64,000 nt of DNA, taken from NCBI GenBank assembly GCA_958295955.1, contig OY282420.1:150236-214235 (forward strand). Direction: 5' to 3'. Positions 51,628 to 61,439 of this stretch are shown here, piece after piece. The DNA comes from an uncultured Bryobacterales bacterium. Its GTDB lineage: Bacteria; Acidobacteriota; Terriglobia; Bryobacterales; UBA6623. Within the stretch, counting starts at the first letter, position 1. Each line of letters begins with the position of its first letter. The notes under the pieces were generated by a model, which ran no database searches, was not told the origin of the DNA, and saw nothing but the letters and a program-made list of their open reading frames with translations. Both the position numbers and the translations under genes were made by a program.

Positions 51628-51903
51628 TCAACCGTCGGCCGGGGACAACCCGCGAAACCGCAAGCATTCGCCGAGCGCCGCGCGGTATTCGGCGAAACCC
51701 ACCTCGCGGTCGCAGCAGACCATCATCAATACTCCGTCCGACCGAAAGTTCCCATCCCAGGCGGCGACCTGCTCGTCGCTCCATTGCTCGCAATACTCAG
51801 CCAATTTTTCGTCCGGCATAGCGTCGCAGTACGCCCTCAGATTCACGTCGGTCTCGTCGGGGGGATGGGCGTAAGGGGCGTCTTCGAAGCGCGGTCGGTT
51901 CAT
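51628..51903 (-). CDS. hypothetical acidic 91-aa protein
   Basis: The ORF lies 12 nt downstream of the BON gene on the same strand. I recognise no family. Coding status is uncertain. Confidence 0.35.
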   Translation of the reverse strand: MNRPRFEDAPYAHPPDETDVNLRAYCDAMPDEKLAEYCEQWSDEQVAAWDGNFRSDGVLMMVCCDREVGFAEYRAALGECLRFRGLSPADG

Positions 51904-51915
51904 GGGGCGAAAGCT

Positions 51916-52431
51916 CTACTCCCGATTCTCGACGGCGAGATTGTTCATCACCGAGAACACGCCGGCGACGCCGTTCGCCTGCGCTTCGGCGATGTTCTTC
52001 TCGGCTTCCACGCCTACTACGCCTTCCAGCGTGACGTCGCCGTTCTTGACGACAATATGGATCGGCGGCACGGACTGGAACGAATAGCGGCTCAGCACCG
52101 GTTGGTAGTAAATGGCGCGGTACACGGCCGCACGGATGCGGTCGTCGTTGTGCGAGACCGGCAAGACCTCGATTTCATTGACCACTTCGGCAATGCCCTC
52201 GATGCGCTTGACGACGCGCTCGGCGCCCGAGCGCAGCGTGGGCCGCGTTACTTGACCTCCCAGCTTGACCCGCGCGCCGTCAAGCTTGTAGGTGAGATTG
52301 TCGAACACGCTGTAGTAAGGCAGCATGACCAGCTCGTGGCGTACTTGGCGCGCGAGACGATCGGCATCGGCCGCCGTTGCTCCGACAGCCAGCAACGCTG
52401 CCGCGGCGAGTTTCAAAAAGGTTCCGTTCAT
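51916..52431 (-). CDS. BON-domain (OsmY-like) exported protein
   Basis: A GGAGGAGAAGG Shine-Dalgarno sequence precedes ATG 52431. The signal is MNGTFLKLAAAALLAVGATAA. Two BON-like repeats follow (VKLGGQVTRPTLRSGAERVVKRIEGIAEVVNEIEV; VTLEGVVGVEAEKNIAEAQANGVAGVFSVMNNLAV). Confidence 0.8.
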   Translation of the reverse strand: MNGTFLKLAAAALLAVGATAADADRLARQVRHELVMLPYYSVFDNLTYKLDGARVKLGGQVTRPTLRSGAERVVKRIEGIAEVVNEIEVLPVSHNDDRIRAAVYRAIYYQPVLSRYSFQSVPPIHIVVKNGDVTLEGVVGVEAEKNIAEAQANGVAGVFSVMNNLAVENRE

Positions 52432-52556
52432 GGCCTTCTCCTCCGGGAGGGAATACGCCGACCGTATGGCGGCCGGCGGCGGGATCATTGTGCTCTTTAT
52501 TACGACGAGAACGGCTATGCCGGGGTTTCGCGCCCGCGGGCCGCTATGGAGCGTCT

Positions 52557-53816
52557 TCAAGGCGCGGTCGGTTCATGGGGCGTCTGAAGCATGCGCTCCG
52601 GCTCGATGAAAAGCCAGAGCGCGGCGCTGACCGCATAATACGCCGCGGACAGCAGCAGAGGAAGCTGCCACGAACCGCTGCGATCGACCATCAGCCCGAT
52701 CATCCAGGGGGCGAGGGCGCCGCCGATTTGTCCGAACGAGTTCATCGCGCCGGACACCACGCCGGCATGAGCGCCGCCGATGTCCAGGCACGCCGCCCAG
52801 GTCACGGCCAGAATCGACTCCGCTGCGCCGAAACTTACCGCCAGGCAGATGAGCGCCAAGAGGTCGTTTTCGAGCAGCGCGGCGGGCACGAGGAACACCG
52901 CCGCGCCCAGCAACCCCGCCATGGCGGGGAGCCGCCGCGCGGTCCGCAGCGCAACCCGCGCCGCGAGCCTGTCGCTCAGCCAACCGCCCGCCAGGTTCGC
53001 CGCGGCGCCGCACAGCAGCACGGCAGCCGCAACCGTACCGACAGCGCCCAACTCCACGCCGCGCGCGTTCTGAATGTAGGTCGGCAGCCACTGAATGTAA
53101 AAATACAGCCCCCAGGTATAACCCGAGTACATCGCCGAGAGCGCCCAGACGTTGCGATTCGCCAACAATGTCGCCCAGGGCGCGCCGCGGCGGTGAGCCG
53201 CGATGCGCCGTCCGCCGCGGATCGCGGCCAGTTCTGCGGCGCTGACGCCGGGATGCTCCTCCGGATCGTTGCGGAACCAGCTTCGCCAGCCCGCCGCCCA
53301 AACGATCCCCAAAACGGCGAAAATCCAATAGACCGCTCGCCACCCCCAGCGCGTCATCAGCGCGATGGCGATCCACGACGTCATGGCGAAACCGATACGG
53401 CTGCCGAACATGATGACGGCCTGCGCGCGTCCCCGCTCGCGCGCCGGAAACCAGTAGGAGACCGCCGAGGCGCAGCCCGGAAACGCTCCGGCTTCGCCGC
53501 ACCCGAACAGAAAACGAATCGCGATCAGGCTGGTCAGGTTCCACGCCGCGCCGGTCAACGCCGTAAAGGCCGACCACCAGATCACGATGCGCGTCAGCAG
53601 CGCTCGGGCGCCGAACCGGTCGGCGAGGAAACCGCCGGGTATCTCGAACAGCACGTAGCCGAGCACGAAGAAAGACCCCGCGCGTCCCAATTGCTCGTTG
53701 GTCAGGCCCAACTCGTCGGACATCGCTCCGGCAGTGGCGCCGAAGCAGACGCGGTCCATATAAGTGACCGCCATCAGGACGAACATGAACCCCAAAACCC
53801 GGTAGCGCGCCGGCAT
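52557..53816 (-). CDS. MFS transporter
   Basis: About 419 aa from ATG 53816, with 12 hydrophobic segments. The MFS loop motif reads GGFLADRFGARALL. Confidence 0.85.
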   Translation of the reverse strand: MPARYRVLGFMFVLMAVTYMDRVCFGATAGAMSDELGLTNEQLGRAGSFFVLGYVLFEIPGGFLADRFGARALLTRIVIWWSAFTALTGAAWNLTSLIAIRFLFGCGEAGAFPGCASAVSYWFPARERGRAQAVIMFGSRIGFAMTSWIAIALMTRWGWRAVYWIFAVLGIVWAAGWRSWFRNDPEEHPGVSAAELAAIRGGRRIAAHRRGAPWATLLANRNVWALSAMYSGYTWGLYFYIQWLPTYIQNARGVELGAVGTVAAAVLLCGAAANLAGGWLSDRLAARVALRTARRLPAMAGLLGAAVFLVPAALLENDLLALICLAVSFGAAESILAVTWAACLDIGGAHAGVVSGAMNSFGQIGGALAPWMIGLMVDRSGSWQLPLLLSAAYYAVSAALWLFIEPERMLQTPHEPTAP

Positions 53817-53841
53817 GTCTGAAAAGTCCGAACCGCCGGCC

Positions 53842-54810
53842 TCAGGGAACGAACGCCCGAATTGCTCGGACGCCGCGGCCGGCAACAGGAAAAGGCGCCG
53901 CTTCCGCCGGAATCAGAAAGCAGTCGCCCGGCTGAAAAGGCGTCCGATTCAGCGAGCCCGAGCCCTCGACCACGATCAGGATGTGTACTCTTTGGGGATC
54001 GGGGCGGTACTCGAACCCGGCGTCCCAACTCAGGCGCTCGCCGGCGAAATACCGGCAGCGGGCGAGACGCTCGACGCGGCAGACGCCGCCGGCGGTCGAT
54101 GCTTCGGCGGCAGCCGACGAAGGCCGCAAGCGGACATCGGCAACCTGCGCCGCCCGGTCGACGTGCAGCGGGCGCGGACGCCCGCCGCCGTCAACCCGCC
54201 CGAAATCGTACAGCCGGTAAGTGACGTCGGAATTCTGCTGAATTTCGCAGATCACGACGCCCGCGCCGAGAGCGTGCAGCGTGCCCGGCGGAACGAAAAC
54301 CGTCTGCCCGGCGGCGACCGGAACCCAGCGCAAATACTTTTCGATGGCGCTGCTGCGGGCCGCCCGGACCAAAGCGTCGGGCGGCAAATCCTCGACCAGG
54401 CCGAGGGCGATGCGGGCGCCCGGTTTCGCCGCGAGCACATACCACATTTCCGTCTTGCCGGGGCCGTTCTCGTGCGCGAACGCGTACGCGTCGTCCGGGT
54501 GTACCTGCACCGAAAGTTCTTGCGCGGGAAACAACAGCTTCGTCAAGATTGGGAAGCGCGGCCCCTTTGCGGCGCCGGAACCGCCGTCCGTCCGGCGCCC
54601 CGCCCCCATCAGCCGGCATCCGTACTCTTCCAGCAAGCTGACAATCGTCCGGCCCGCCAGCGGCCCCCCGACTACCGTGTTTTGCTCGTGCGTGTACCAG
54701 GCTTCGCCGATGGGTTCGGCGGTCTTGCCGAACACCGGCGCAAGATCGGTGGAACCCCATATCTTCTCCCGAAACGACGGACCGAGCTTGAGGGGCTCCA
54801 GCCGCGTCAC
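53842..54810 (-). CDS. type I phosphomannose isomerase (cupin)
   Basis: GTG 54810 overlaps the upstream aminotransferase stop (GTGA). Motifs are LEPLKLGPSFREKIWG, ELSVQVHPDD, GKTEMWYVL and VPPGTLHALG. Confidence 0.8.
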   Translation of the reverse strand: MTRLEPLKLGPSFREKIWGSTDLAPVFGKTAEPIGEAWYTHEQNTVVGGPLAGRTIVSLLEEYGCRLMGAGRRTDGGSGAAKGPRFPILTKLLFPAQELSVQVHPDDAYAFAHENGPGKTEMWYVLAAKPGARIALGLVEDLPPDALVRAARSSAIEKYLRWVPVAAGQTVFVPPGTLHALGAGVVICEIQQNSDVTYRLYDFGRVDGGGRPRPLHVDRAAQVADVRLRPSSAAAEASTAGGVCRVERLARCRYFAGERLSWDAGFEYRPDPQRVHILIVVEGSGSLNRTPFQPGDCFLIPAEAAPFPVAGRGVRAIRAFVP

Positions 54811-55985
54811 GAGAGTTCCCGGATGAACTTGTCGATCCGCGCGATGCCGCGCTCCAGGTCTTCCATCGACGCGGCGTACGAAATCCTGACCTGCTCGGCG
54901 GTGCCGAACGCCTCGGACGGAACCACCGCGACGCGCGCCTCCGCCAGCAGTTTCTTGGCGAAATCCATCGGCGTGGCGATGCCGCCCTTGCCGAAAGCGC
55001 AACCGATGTTCGGATAGGCGTAGAACGCGCCGCCCGGCTGGGGGCAGGTCACTCCGGGGATGGCGCGCAAGGCTGCGACCACGTACTCGCGGCGCTTGCG
55101 GTACTGCGCGAGCATCTCGCCGACCGAGTCTTGCGGGCCGGTCAGCGCGGCGACCGCCGCCTTCTGCGCAATCGACGTCGGGTTCGAGGTGGAGTGGCTT
55201 TGCAACTTGTTGATATTGCGGATCAAGGCGGCCGGGCCGAGCAGGTAACCCAACCGCCAACCGGTCATGGCGAACGTCTTCGACAACGACCCGATCACGA
55301 TCACATTGCTCTTCGCGCCGGGGAGCGAGGCAATGGAAAACGGCTCGGAGCCATAGACGAAATGACAGTAACACTCGTCGCTCATCAGCAGAATGCCGCG
55401 GCGGGAAGTCAACTCGTGGATTTTTTCAAATTCGCCGCGCTCGATCACGGCGCCCGAAGGATTGTTGGGGGAATTGACGACGACGATCTTCGTCCTGTCC
55501 GTGACCGCGCCCGCGATGTCGGCGGCCGTCAGCGAAAATCCGTTCGCTTCCTGCGTTTCGACCATTACCGGCGTGCCGCCGTGATAGCGGATCACGTCGA
55601 AAAACGTGACCCAATACGGCGACGGCAATACGACCTCGTCGCCCTCGTCGATCAGCGCCGCCATGCAGTTGAAGATGGCGTGCTTGCCGCCCACTGTGGC
55701 GATGCACTCGCTCGGCTCGTACGCCGTGCCGAAATCGCGCGCATGCCAGGACGTAACGGCTTGCTTGAGCTCGGGGATGCCGCCCGCCGGCGTGTAGCGG
55801 GTAAAGTTTTCTTCGATGGCTTGCACGGCGGCCCGCTTGATGTTGTCGGGCGTCGGGAAATCGGGTTCGCCGGCGCCGAAGGCGACAATGTCGACCCCGG
55901 CGCGCTTGAGGCGTCCGGCTTCGGCCGTCACGGCCATGGTTGCGGACTCGCTGATTCGCAAGATGCGCTGCGTAAACTCCATCAC
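54807..55985 (-). CDS. aspartate/aromatic-type PLP aminotransferase, class I
   Basis: 392 aa. GAGEPDFPTP, NSPNNPSG and GSLSKTFAMTGWRLGY (PLP lysine) motifs. Confidence 0.9.
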   Translation of the reverse strand: MMEFTQRILRISESATMAVTAEAGRLKRAGVDIVAFGAGEPDFPTPDNIKRAAVQAIEENFTRYTPAGGIPELKQAVTSWHARDFGTAYEPSECIATVGGKHAIFNCMAALIDEGDEVVLPSPYWVTFFDVIRYHGGTPVMVETQEANGFSLTAADIAGAVTDRTKIVVVNSPNNPSGAVIERGEFEKIHELTSRRGILLMSDECYCHFVYGSEPFSIASLPGAKSNVIVIGSLSKTFAMTGWRLGYLLGPAALIRNINKLQSHSTSNPTSIAQKAAVAALTGPQDSVGEMLAQYRKRREYVVAALRAIPGVTCPQPGGAFYAYPNIGCAFGKGGIATPMDFAKKLLAEARVAVVPSEAFGTAEQVRISYAASMEDLERGIARIDKFIRELS

Positions 55986-55991
55986 TTCAGG

Positions 55992-56486
55992 TTACAAAGT
56001 TTCCGGGGCCATCGCGCGCAGCCGCTCGGCGACGCGGGGCGGCACGAGCGCATCGACGTCCCCGCCGTGGCGGGCGACTTCCTTGACCAGCCGCGAGCTG
56101 AGATAGCTATAAGTCTCAGAGGGCAGCATGAAGACGGTTTCCAACTCCGGCGCGAGCTTGCGGTTCATCAGCGCCATCTGCAGCTCGTATTCGTAATCGG
56201 AAACGGCGCGGATGCCGCGCAGAATGAGCTTCGCCCCTTTTTCGCGGGCAAAATCCACCAGCAGGCCGTCGAAACTGTCCACGCTCACGTTGGGGAACGG
56301 CGCAACCGCCTCGGCGACCATCGTCAGCCGTTCTTCGAGCGTAAACGCAGGCGGCTTCGAATCGTGCCGCAGGGCCGCGACGACCAGTTTGTCGAACTGC
56401 TTGGAGGCGCGCGCGATCAGATCGAGATGCCCGTTGGTGATCGGATCGAACGATCCCGGATAGATGGCGACGCGGCATTCCGGCAC
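55992..56486 (-). CDS. coaD: pantetheine-phosphate adenylyltransferase
   Basis: 164 aa. VAIYPGSFDPITNGHLDLI (the T/HxGH nucleotidyltransferase motif) and ISSTLVKE-like LSSRLVKEV. Confidence 0.95.
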   Translation of the reverse strand: MPECRVAIYPGSFDPITNGHLDLIARASKQFDKLVVAALRHDSKPPAFTLEERLTMVAEAVAPFPNVSVDSFDGLLVDFAREKGAKLILRGIRAVSDYEYELQMALMNRKLAPELETVFMLPSETYSYLSSRLVKEVARHGGDVDALVPPRVAERLRAMAPETL

Positions 56487-56519
56487 GAGGCTATTGTAAC
56501 CAGAGGGCGCCGCCGCCGC

Positions 56520-57446
56520 TCAAGCCAGTTGCCGATAGACGTAGCGGGCAACGGCGATGTCTTCGACCGCCAAGCCTTGCGACTCGAAGAGAGTGATCTG
56601 CTGCGGGGCGCTGCGTCCGGGCTTGCTGCCGGCAATCACCGCGGACAACTCCACCGCCCGGCTCCAGTCGAAATTTCCCTCGGCGGCCGCCTGGATGAGA
56701 TCGCCGGCCTCCATCCGCGCCTGCTCGATCGAGTCCACCGCGACGATATCGCAGCGGCTGACGGCGGCGGCAGCGAGCTCGCGGCGCTTGGCGTGATTGC
56801 TGCCGGCGGCGTTGACATGCGTCCCGGGCGCCAACGCATCGCCGCGGAACACCGGCTCGCGGGAGTTGGTCACGGTCGTCACGATGTCCGCGCCGTCGAG
56901 CGCCTCTTCGGCCGAAGACGCCGCGCGGACCTCCAGATCGAGTTTTGCGCTCATCCGCGCGGCGAACCGCTCGCGTTTTGCGGCGCTGCGGCTATAAACG
57001 GCGACGCCGGCGAGCGAACGCACCGCCGCAACGGCCTCCAACTGCGTCTCGGCCTGGAAGCCGCTGCCGAACAGCGCCAACCGCGAAGCGTTTTCCCTGG
57101 CCAGCCGGCGGGTGGCCGCGCCGCTGGCGGCCCCGGTTCGAATCTGTCCGAGCGCGTTGGCCTCGATGACCGCAAGCAACTCGACGGCCGCGGCATCGAA
57201 GAGCAAGACGACGAACCGGGCGCCGACCTTGCGGTTCGTGGCATAAACTTTGGCTCCGACCACGCCGTCTTGATTGTCGCCGCCCGCCATGTAGTGCAAG
57301 AGCGTTCCGTTTTGCATCGCCACGCGGCGCCGCGGATGATTGTCTGCGCGTCCGTCGTCCAAGCGCCGAAACGCTTCCTCGACCAACTCGACGGCCGCGG
57401 ACATCGACAGGACTTCCCGCACCTGCCGCTCGGTAATGCGCATCAT
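56520..57446 (-). CDS. ornithine cyclodeaminase / mu-crystallin family protein
   Basis: 308 aa. LGQIRTGAASGAATRRLA, and the Rossmann motif LFGSGFQAETQL. Confidence 0.85.
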   Translation of the reverse strand: MMRITERQVREVLSMSAAVELVEEAFRRLDDGRADNHPRRRVAMQNGTLLHYMAGGDNQDGVVGAKVYATNRKVGARFVVLLFDAAAVELLAVIEANALGQIRTGAASGAATRRLARENASRLALFGSGFQAETQLEAVAAVRSLAGVAVYSRSAAKRERFAARMSAKLDLEVRAASSAEEALDGADIVTTVTNSREPVFRGDALAPGTHVNAAGSNHAKRRELAAAAVSRCDIVAVDSIEQARMEAGDLIQAAAEGNFDWSRAVELSAVIAGSKPGRSAPQQITLFESQGLAVEDIAVARYVYRQLA

Positions 57447-57566
57447 GCTCGTTCCCTGGCTTTCCCCGACGCCATATTGTACAATCAGTAGTTGGGGCGC
57501 AACGGCTTTTCCATCCGCCGCGCCCTACGGTGAAACCGTCCCGAGAGGGGAGGTGTGCATGCCGAT

Positions 57567-57764
57567 ATGGCAGAAGTTTACTTGAACGAAGGCGAACCCA
57601 TCGATGCCGCGCTCCGGCGCTTCAAGCGCAAGGTGCAGCAGGAGGACATCATCAAGGAGGTCAAGCGCCACTCCTATTACATGAAGCCCGGCGAGAAGCG
57701 GCGTCTCAAACAGGCATTGGCAAGAAAACACAGACGCAAGAAGTTTCGTCGTGAACGCGAATAG
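57567..57764 (+). CDS. rpsU: 30S ribosomal protein S21
   Basis: MAEVYLNEGEPIDAALRRFKRKVQQEDIIKEVKRHSYYMKPGEKRR... is the classic S21 sequence. A GGGGAGG Shine-Dalgarno sequence lies upstream. Confidence 0.95.
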   Translation: MAEVYLNEGEPIDAALRRFKRKVQQEDIIKEVKRHSYYMKPGEKRRLKQALARKHRRKKFRRERE

Positions 57765-58722
57765 CCTGCAAACCGTTTCTTCTTTCCGAAAGGCTTGGGA
57801 TTCCCCAAGCCTTTCTTGCTTTCGGCGCGCCGCCTGCCTGCCGGCTTGCTTGCTGCTGTGCGCCGCAGCGGCCCTGCCGCAGACCGCAGGCCCACTGCGC
57901 CCGCGCCGGCCGCCGCCCGACGGAACGGGCGAGGCCGCGGCCCCTCCGCCGCCGGTCCTCGGCGACACGGCTCGAAACCACGCGGATGCCGACCCACTCA
58001 TCCGCCTAGCCCGCGCCGTCAACGCCGATTTCACCAAAAACCTTCCGAACTTCATCGCCAAGCGGCGCGTCAAGCGCTTCGTCAGCTTCAATCGAGGCCG
58101 TATCTGGGCGCTCGAAGACACGATCGAGGCCGAGGTGCTCTACGCGGACCGCAAGGAGACCTACCGCAACATCCGCATCGACGGACGGCGGCGGGTCGGC
58201 AGCATGGAAGAACTGGACCGCGCCTGGTCGGCCGGCGAGTACGGCACGCTGCTGCGCAACCTTTTCGCCCCGCAACTCGGTCTCGCCTTTACCCGCAACC
58301 GCCCCCGAGACAGCGAGGCGCCCGGCGCGGCCGCCTATGCAACCCTCGCCTCGCGCGAGCAGTCCACGTGGAGCATTCACTTCAACGCGGCAAGCATCCG
58401 CCCCGCTTACCGCGCCGCCGTCTGGCTCGCGCCCGAAAGCGGACGCGCGCTGCGCATCGAGATGACCGCGGAAGCGGAGCTGCCGCCGAGCTTCGGCCTG
58501 CGGCTGGTCAAGACGACCTTGCGTTTCGCCGCGGCGACAGTCGGCGGCGCGCAGTATCTGTTGCCGGCCTCGGCGACAACCCTGAGTTGCCTGCGCCGGT
58601 CGGTCAAGTGCTTTCGGCACGAGATCGCCTTCGACGGCTACCGTAAGTTCTCGGCGGAATCGTCGATCTTTCAGGTGGAATCGGACGTTTCCTTCAGTAG
58701 CGGGGCCGCGGCGCCGCGCTGA
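57751..58722 (+). CDS. hypothetical exported protein
   Basis: 323-aa ORF with a GTG start that overlaps the rpsU end by 14 nt; the start is uncertain. It has a hydrophobic signal-like segment (ACLPACLLLCAAAALPQ), a Pro-rich linker and a ~240-aa body. I recognise no family. Confidence 0.5.
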   Translation: MNANSLQTVSSFRKAWDSPSLSCFRRAACLPACLLLCAAAALPQTAGPLRPRRPPPDGTGEAAAPPPPVLGDTARNHADADPLIRLARAVNADFTKNLPNFIAKRRVKRFVSFNRGRIWALEDTIEAEVLYADRKETYRNIRIDGRRRVGSMEELDRAWSAGEYGTLLRNLFAPQLGLAFTRNRPRDSEAPGAAAYATLASREQSTWSIHFNAASIRPAYRAAVWLAPESGRALRIEMTAEAELPPSFGLRLVKTTLRFAAATVGGAQYLLPASATTLSCLRRSVKCFRHEIAFDGYRKFSAESSIFQVESDVSFSSGAAAPR

Positions 58723-58823
58723 AGGGATCGGCCGTTGCTCCGCCGACCGGCTGCCGTGTGATACCCTGCCGACATGAGCGTGAGGCTGCGACCGATGCCC
58801 CTCTATTGCAGGGACTGAACGCC

Positions 58824-60002
58824 ATGTTCTCGCAGCCGCGCAACAACTCGCAACGGGTTCAGCCGGGGACCTCGCCGTTTCCTCCCCTCGCGCCCGAGCG
58901 GATCGCGGCGTCGCGGGAGCGGTACGGCGCCGCTGCCGATCGGTATCTGGAGCATCTGCGCATCGGCGATCCGCCGGCCGACGAACTCGTGCTCTGCTTC
59001 GAGCGCATGCCGCCGGGCGACGGCTCCCGCTTGCTGTCGCGGGCGATCAGGGAAGGCATCGACGCCATCGACGATCCGCCGGCGCCGCTGGCCGCGTTGT
59101 TCGAGCAGATGGACTATGTGCCTTTCTGGGTGGACTGGGACACGATGCTGGTTGCGAGCCGGAAGATCGTGCGCTCCGGACTCTTGTCCACTCTCGCCTT
59201 CGCCGCCTACGCCCTGCCCCATTCCTACCTGGCGACCGGCAACCGGCCGCTCGCGTTCACCAGCGCGCTGCTTGACGAGTCTCCCCGGCGCTACGCCCAG
59301 ACCCTGCGCTTCGTTATCGAGAGCTTCCTGCCCGGCGGCCTGCGGCGCCACGCGGACGGCTTCAGGATGGCTATCTGGGTGCGCATGCTGCACGCCCGGT
59401 CGCGGCGGAAGATATTGCAGTCCGGCGACTGGGACCTCGGCGCATCCCAGATTCCGCTCAACCAGGCGCATTCCGCGGTAGGCACGGTTCTGTTCTCGTT
59501 CTACGTCGTCGAGGGGATGCGGCGGCTGGGGGTGCGTTTCAGCAGCCGCGAGGTGGAGGGCGTACTGCAAACGTGGCGCTACGTGGGATATCTGCTCGGC
59601 GTCAATCCCGAACTGGTCTATACCTCTGAGGAACAGGCGCGCCGCACCCTGGACATCGCGTTCAGCCTGGAGTTCGACCCCGACGAGACGTCGAAGCAGT
59701 TGTGCCGCGCTCTGATCCAAGCCGGTCCGAAATTCATGCAGATCGAGAAAAACGCATGGCAGTCGCGGTTCTTCGTGGACATGGCCGGCCCCATGACGCG
59801 TTACCTGCTCGGCGATCGGCTGGCGGATCGGTTGGACTATCCGCCCGAGAAGCGGCGGCTGCTGTGCCGGGCCTTCGTCGCCCTCGTATGGCTCTCCGAA
59901 CAGGCGCCCTGGTTGTTCCCCCGCGTAGTGCGGGACTACAAGGGCGTGCTGTTCTGGCTCGAGAAGAGCGACTACGAATTCGACAAGTCGCAGTTCTATT
60001 AA
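58824..60002 (+). CDS. MpaB/DUF2236-family oxygenase-like protein
   Basis: ATG 58824 (MFSQPRNN...). PFWVDWD, the Arg-rich helix VRMLHARSRRKI, and the overall length resemble the DUF2236 (ER-bound oxygenase MpaB / rubber-oxygenase-like) family. Confidence 0.7.
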   Translation: MFSQPRNNSQRVQPGTSPFPPLAPERIAASRERYGAAADRYLEHLRIGDPPADELVLCFERMPPGDGSRLLSRAIREGIDAIDDPPAPLAALFEQMDYVPFWVDWDTMLVASRKIVRSGLLSTLAFAAYALPHSYLATGNRPLAFTSALLDESPRRYAQTLRFVIESFLPGGLRRHADGFRMAIWVRMLHARSRRKILQSGDWDLGASQIPLNQAHSAVGTVLFSFYVVEGMRRLGVRFSSREVEGVLQTWRYVGYLLGVNPELVYTSEEQARRTLDIAFSLEFDPDETSKQLCRALIQAGPKFMQIEKNAWQSRFFVDMAGPMTRYLLGDRLADRLDYPPEKRRLLCRAFVALVWLSEQAPWLFPRVVRDYKGVLFWLEKSDYEFDKSQFY

Positions 60003-61366
60003 CCGTCCCGCGTTTCGCGGGAGCGGTCATGCGCCCGAACCGGCAATCCGTTGCGGAAGAAGTAGCCCGCCATCGTATTCAGCGCCGGCGGACGCTCCGA
60101 GACCACCTCCAGCCGCCAGCGCTGCGCAACCGCCGCCAGAGCGTAAACCGCGCTCATCCGGGCGAACGCCTCGCCGACGCAGCCGCGCGAGCCGGCGCCG
60201 AAGGGCATATAGGCGTACTTCGGACGCTCCGGCTGCGGGGCCGTCCAGCGCTCCGGGAGGAACCGGTCGGGCTGCGGGAAATGCCGCGCGTCCCGGTGAG
60301 AAAAGTAGCAGCAGAGTTGCACGTTGGCGCCGGCGGGAACGGCGTAGCCCCCGATGGCGCAGTCGGCGACCGCCTGTCGGCCGATGTAATAGGCCGGCGC
60401 GGCGAGGCGCAGCGTCTCGTCGAGCACGGCGCGGGTGTAAACGAGTCGATCGTAGTCTTTTAGAGTTGCCGGGCGCCCCTCGAGCACCGCATCGACTTCC
60501 CGTTCCATGCGTTCGCGCGCCGCCGGGTTGCGGCTGAGGAAATAAAACGCCCAGGCCAGCGTGGCGCCGGTGGTTTCGTGGGACGCCATCAGCATCTCGA
60601 TCACCTCGTCCAGCACTTCGTCCTCGCTGAATGCGGGGCCGCCCTGTTCGTCGCCGGCGCATGCCAGGAACGCCGTCAGATCGGTGCGCGACCCCGCGGG
60701 GGCGGCGCGGGCGGCCCGGATGGACGCTACGATGATCTCATCCATCGGCCCCTTGCGGCGCAGCAGCCGCCGATAGCGGGGCAGCGCGCGCTTGATCAGC
60801 GCACGGCCCGGCAGCAGCGCCAACTGAAAGTCCAGAGTCAGCAGCGCGACCAAATCCCGGGCCATCTTGACGTCGATCTGCATGCCGTCCTCGAAGAAGA
60901 TATTGAGCGAGATGGACAGCGTCAGGTCGCGCATTTCCGTGTCGGCGTCGATGATCCGGCCATGCCGCCATTCCTCCCGCTTGACGACCGCTCGCTGGGC
61001 CATGGTCTCGGCGTAGCCGGCCAGCGCCTCGCGGTGAAAGAACGGCTGGATGATCCGCCGTCGGCGCTTGTGGTCCTGGCCGTCCCCGGTTACGATCGTC
61101 GGCCCGTGGAGCACCGTGTTGCGTTTGTAGATGAACCCCTTCTCGAACGACGACCGCTGCTCATCGACCACCTCGCGGATCAGTTCGGGATCGAAGACGA
61201 TGCAGAATTCCCAAAAAAGTATGCGGTAGCGGACAATGTCGCCGTAGCCGCGGCGCAGCTCGGTGAACAGTCCGAGCGTGTCGCGGAGCCGCGCGATCAT
61301 GTTGCGGATGTAACGCCCCCCCGCGCGCGGCGGGAGTTTCGCGAGGGTATCGGCCGGCTTCGGCAT
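59999..61366 (-). CDS. cytochrome P450
   Basis: An AAGGACGGAG Shine-Dalgarno sequence precedes ATG 61366. 455 aa. Haem-thiolate loop FGAGSRGCVGEAFA, ETLR (ExxR), and I-helix MASHETTG. Confidence 0.9.
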   Translation of the reverse strand: MPKPADTLAKLPPRAGGRYIRNMIARLRDTLGLFTELRRGYGDIVRYRILFWEFCIVFDPELIREVVDEQRSSFEKGFIYKRNTVLHGPTIVTGDGQDHKRRRRIIQPFFHREALAGYAETMAQRAVVKREEWRHGRIIDADTEMRDLTLSISLNIFFEDGMQIDVKMARDLVALLTLDFQLALLPGRALIKRALPRYRRLLRRKGPMDEIIVASIRAARAAPAGSRTDLTAFLACAGDEQGGPAFSEDEVLDEVIEMLMASHETTGATLAWAFYFLSRNPAARERMEREVDAVLEGRPATLKDYDRLVYTRAVLDETLRLAAPAYYIGRQAVADCAIGGYAVPAGANVQLCCYFSHRDARHFPQPDRFLPERWTAPQPERPKYAYMPFGAGSRGCVGEAFARMSAVYALAAVAQRWRLEVVSERPPALNTMAGYFFRNGLPVRAHDRSRETRDG

Positions 61367-61439
61367 GTTGCTCCGTCCTTTCTTTCCGCCGGGCTCGAGA
61401 TACGGGCAAGAGTTCCCGCTGCTTCGAGGCCAGTCGTCT

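Noticed and set aside
54811-55374. N-terminal extension of the phosphomannose isomerase ORF (track ORF 53842-55374).
   Set aside because: It overlaps the aminotransferase gene. GTG 54810 forms a GTGA overlap with the aminotransferase stop, and the PMI homology begins immediately after it.
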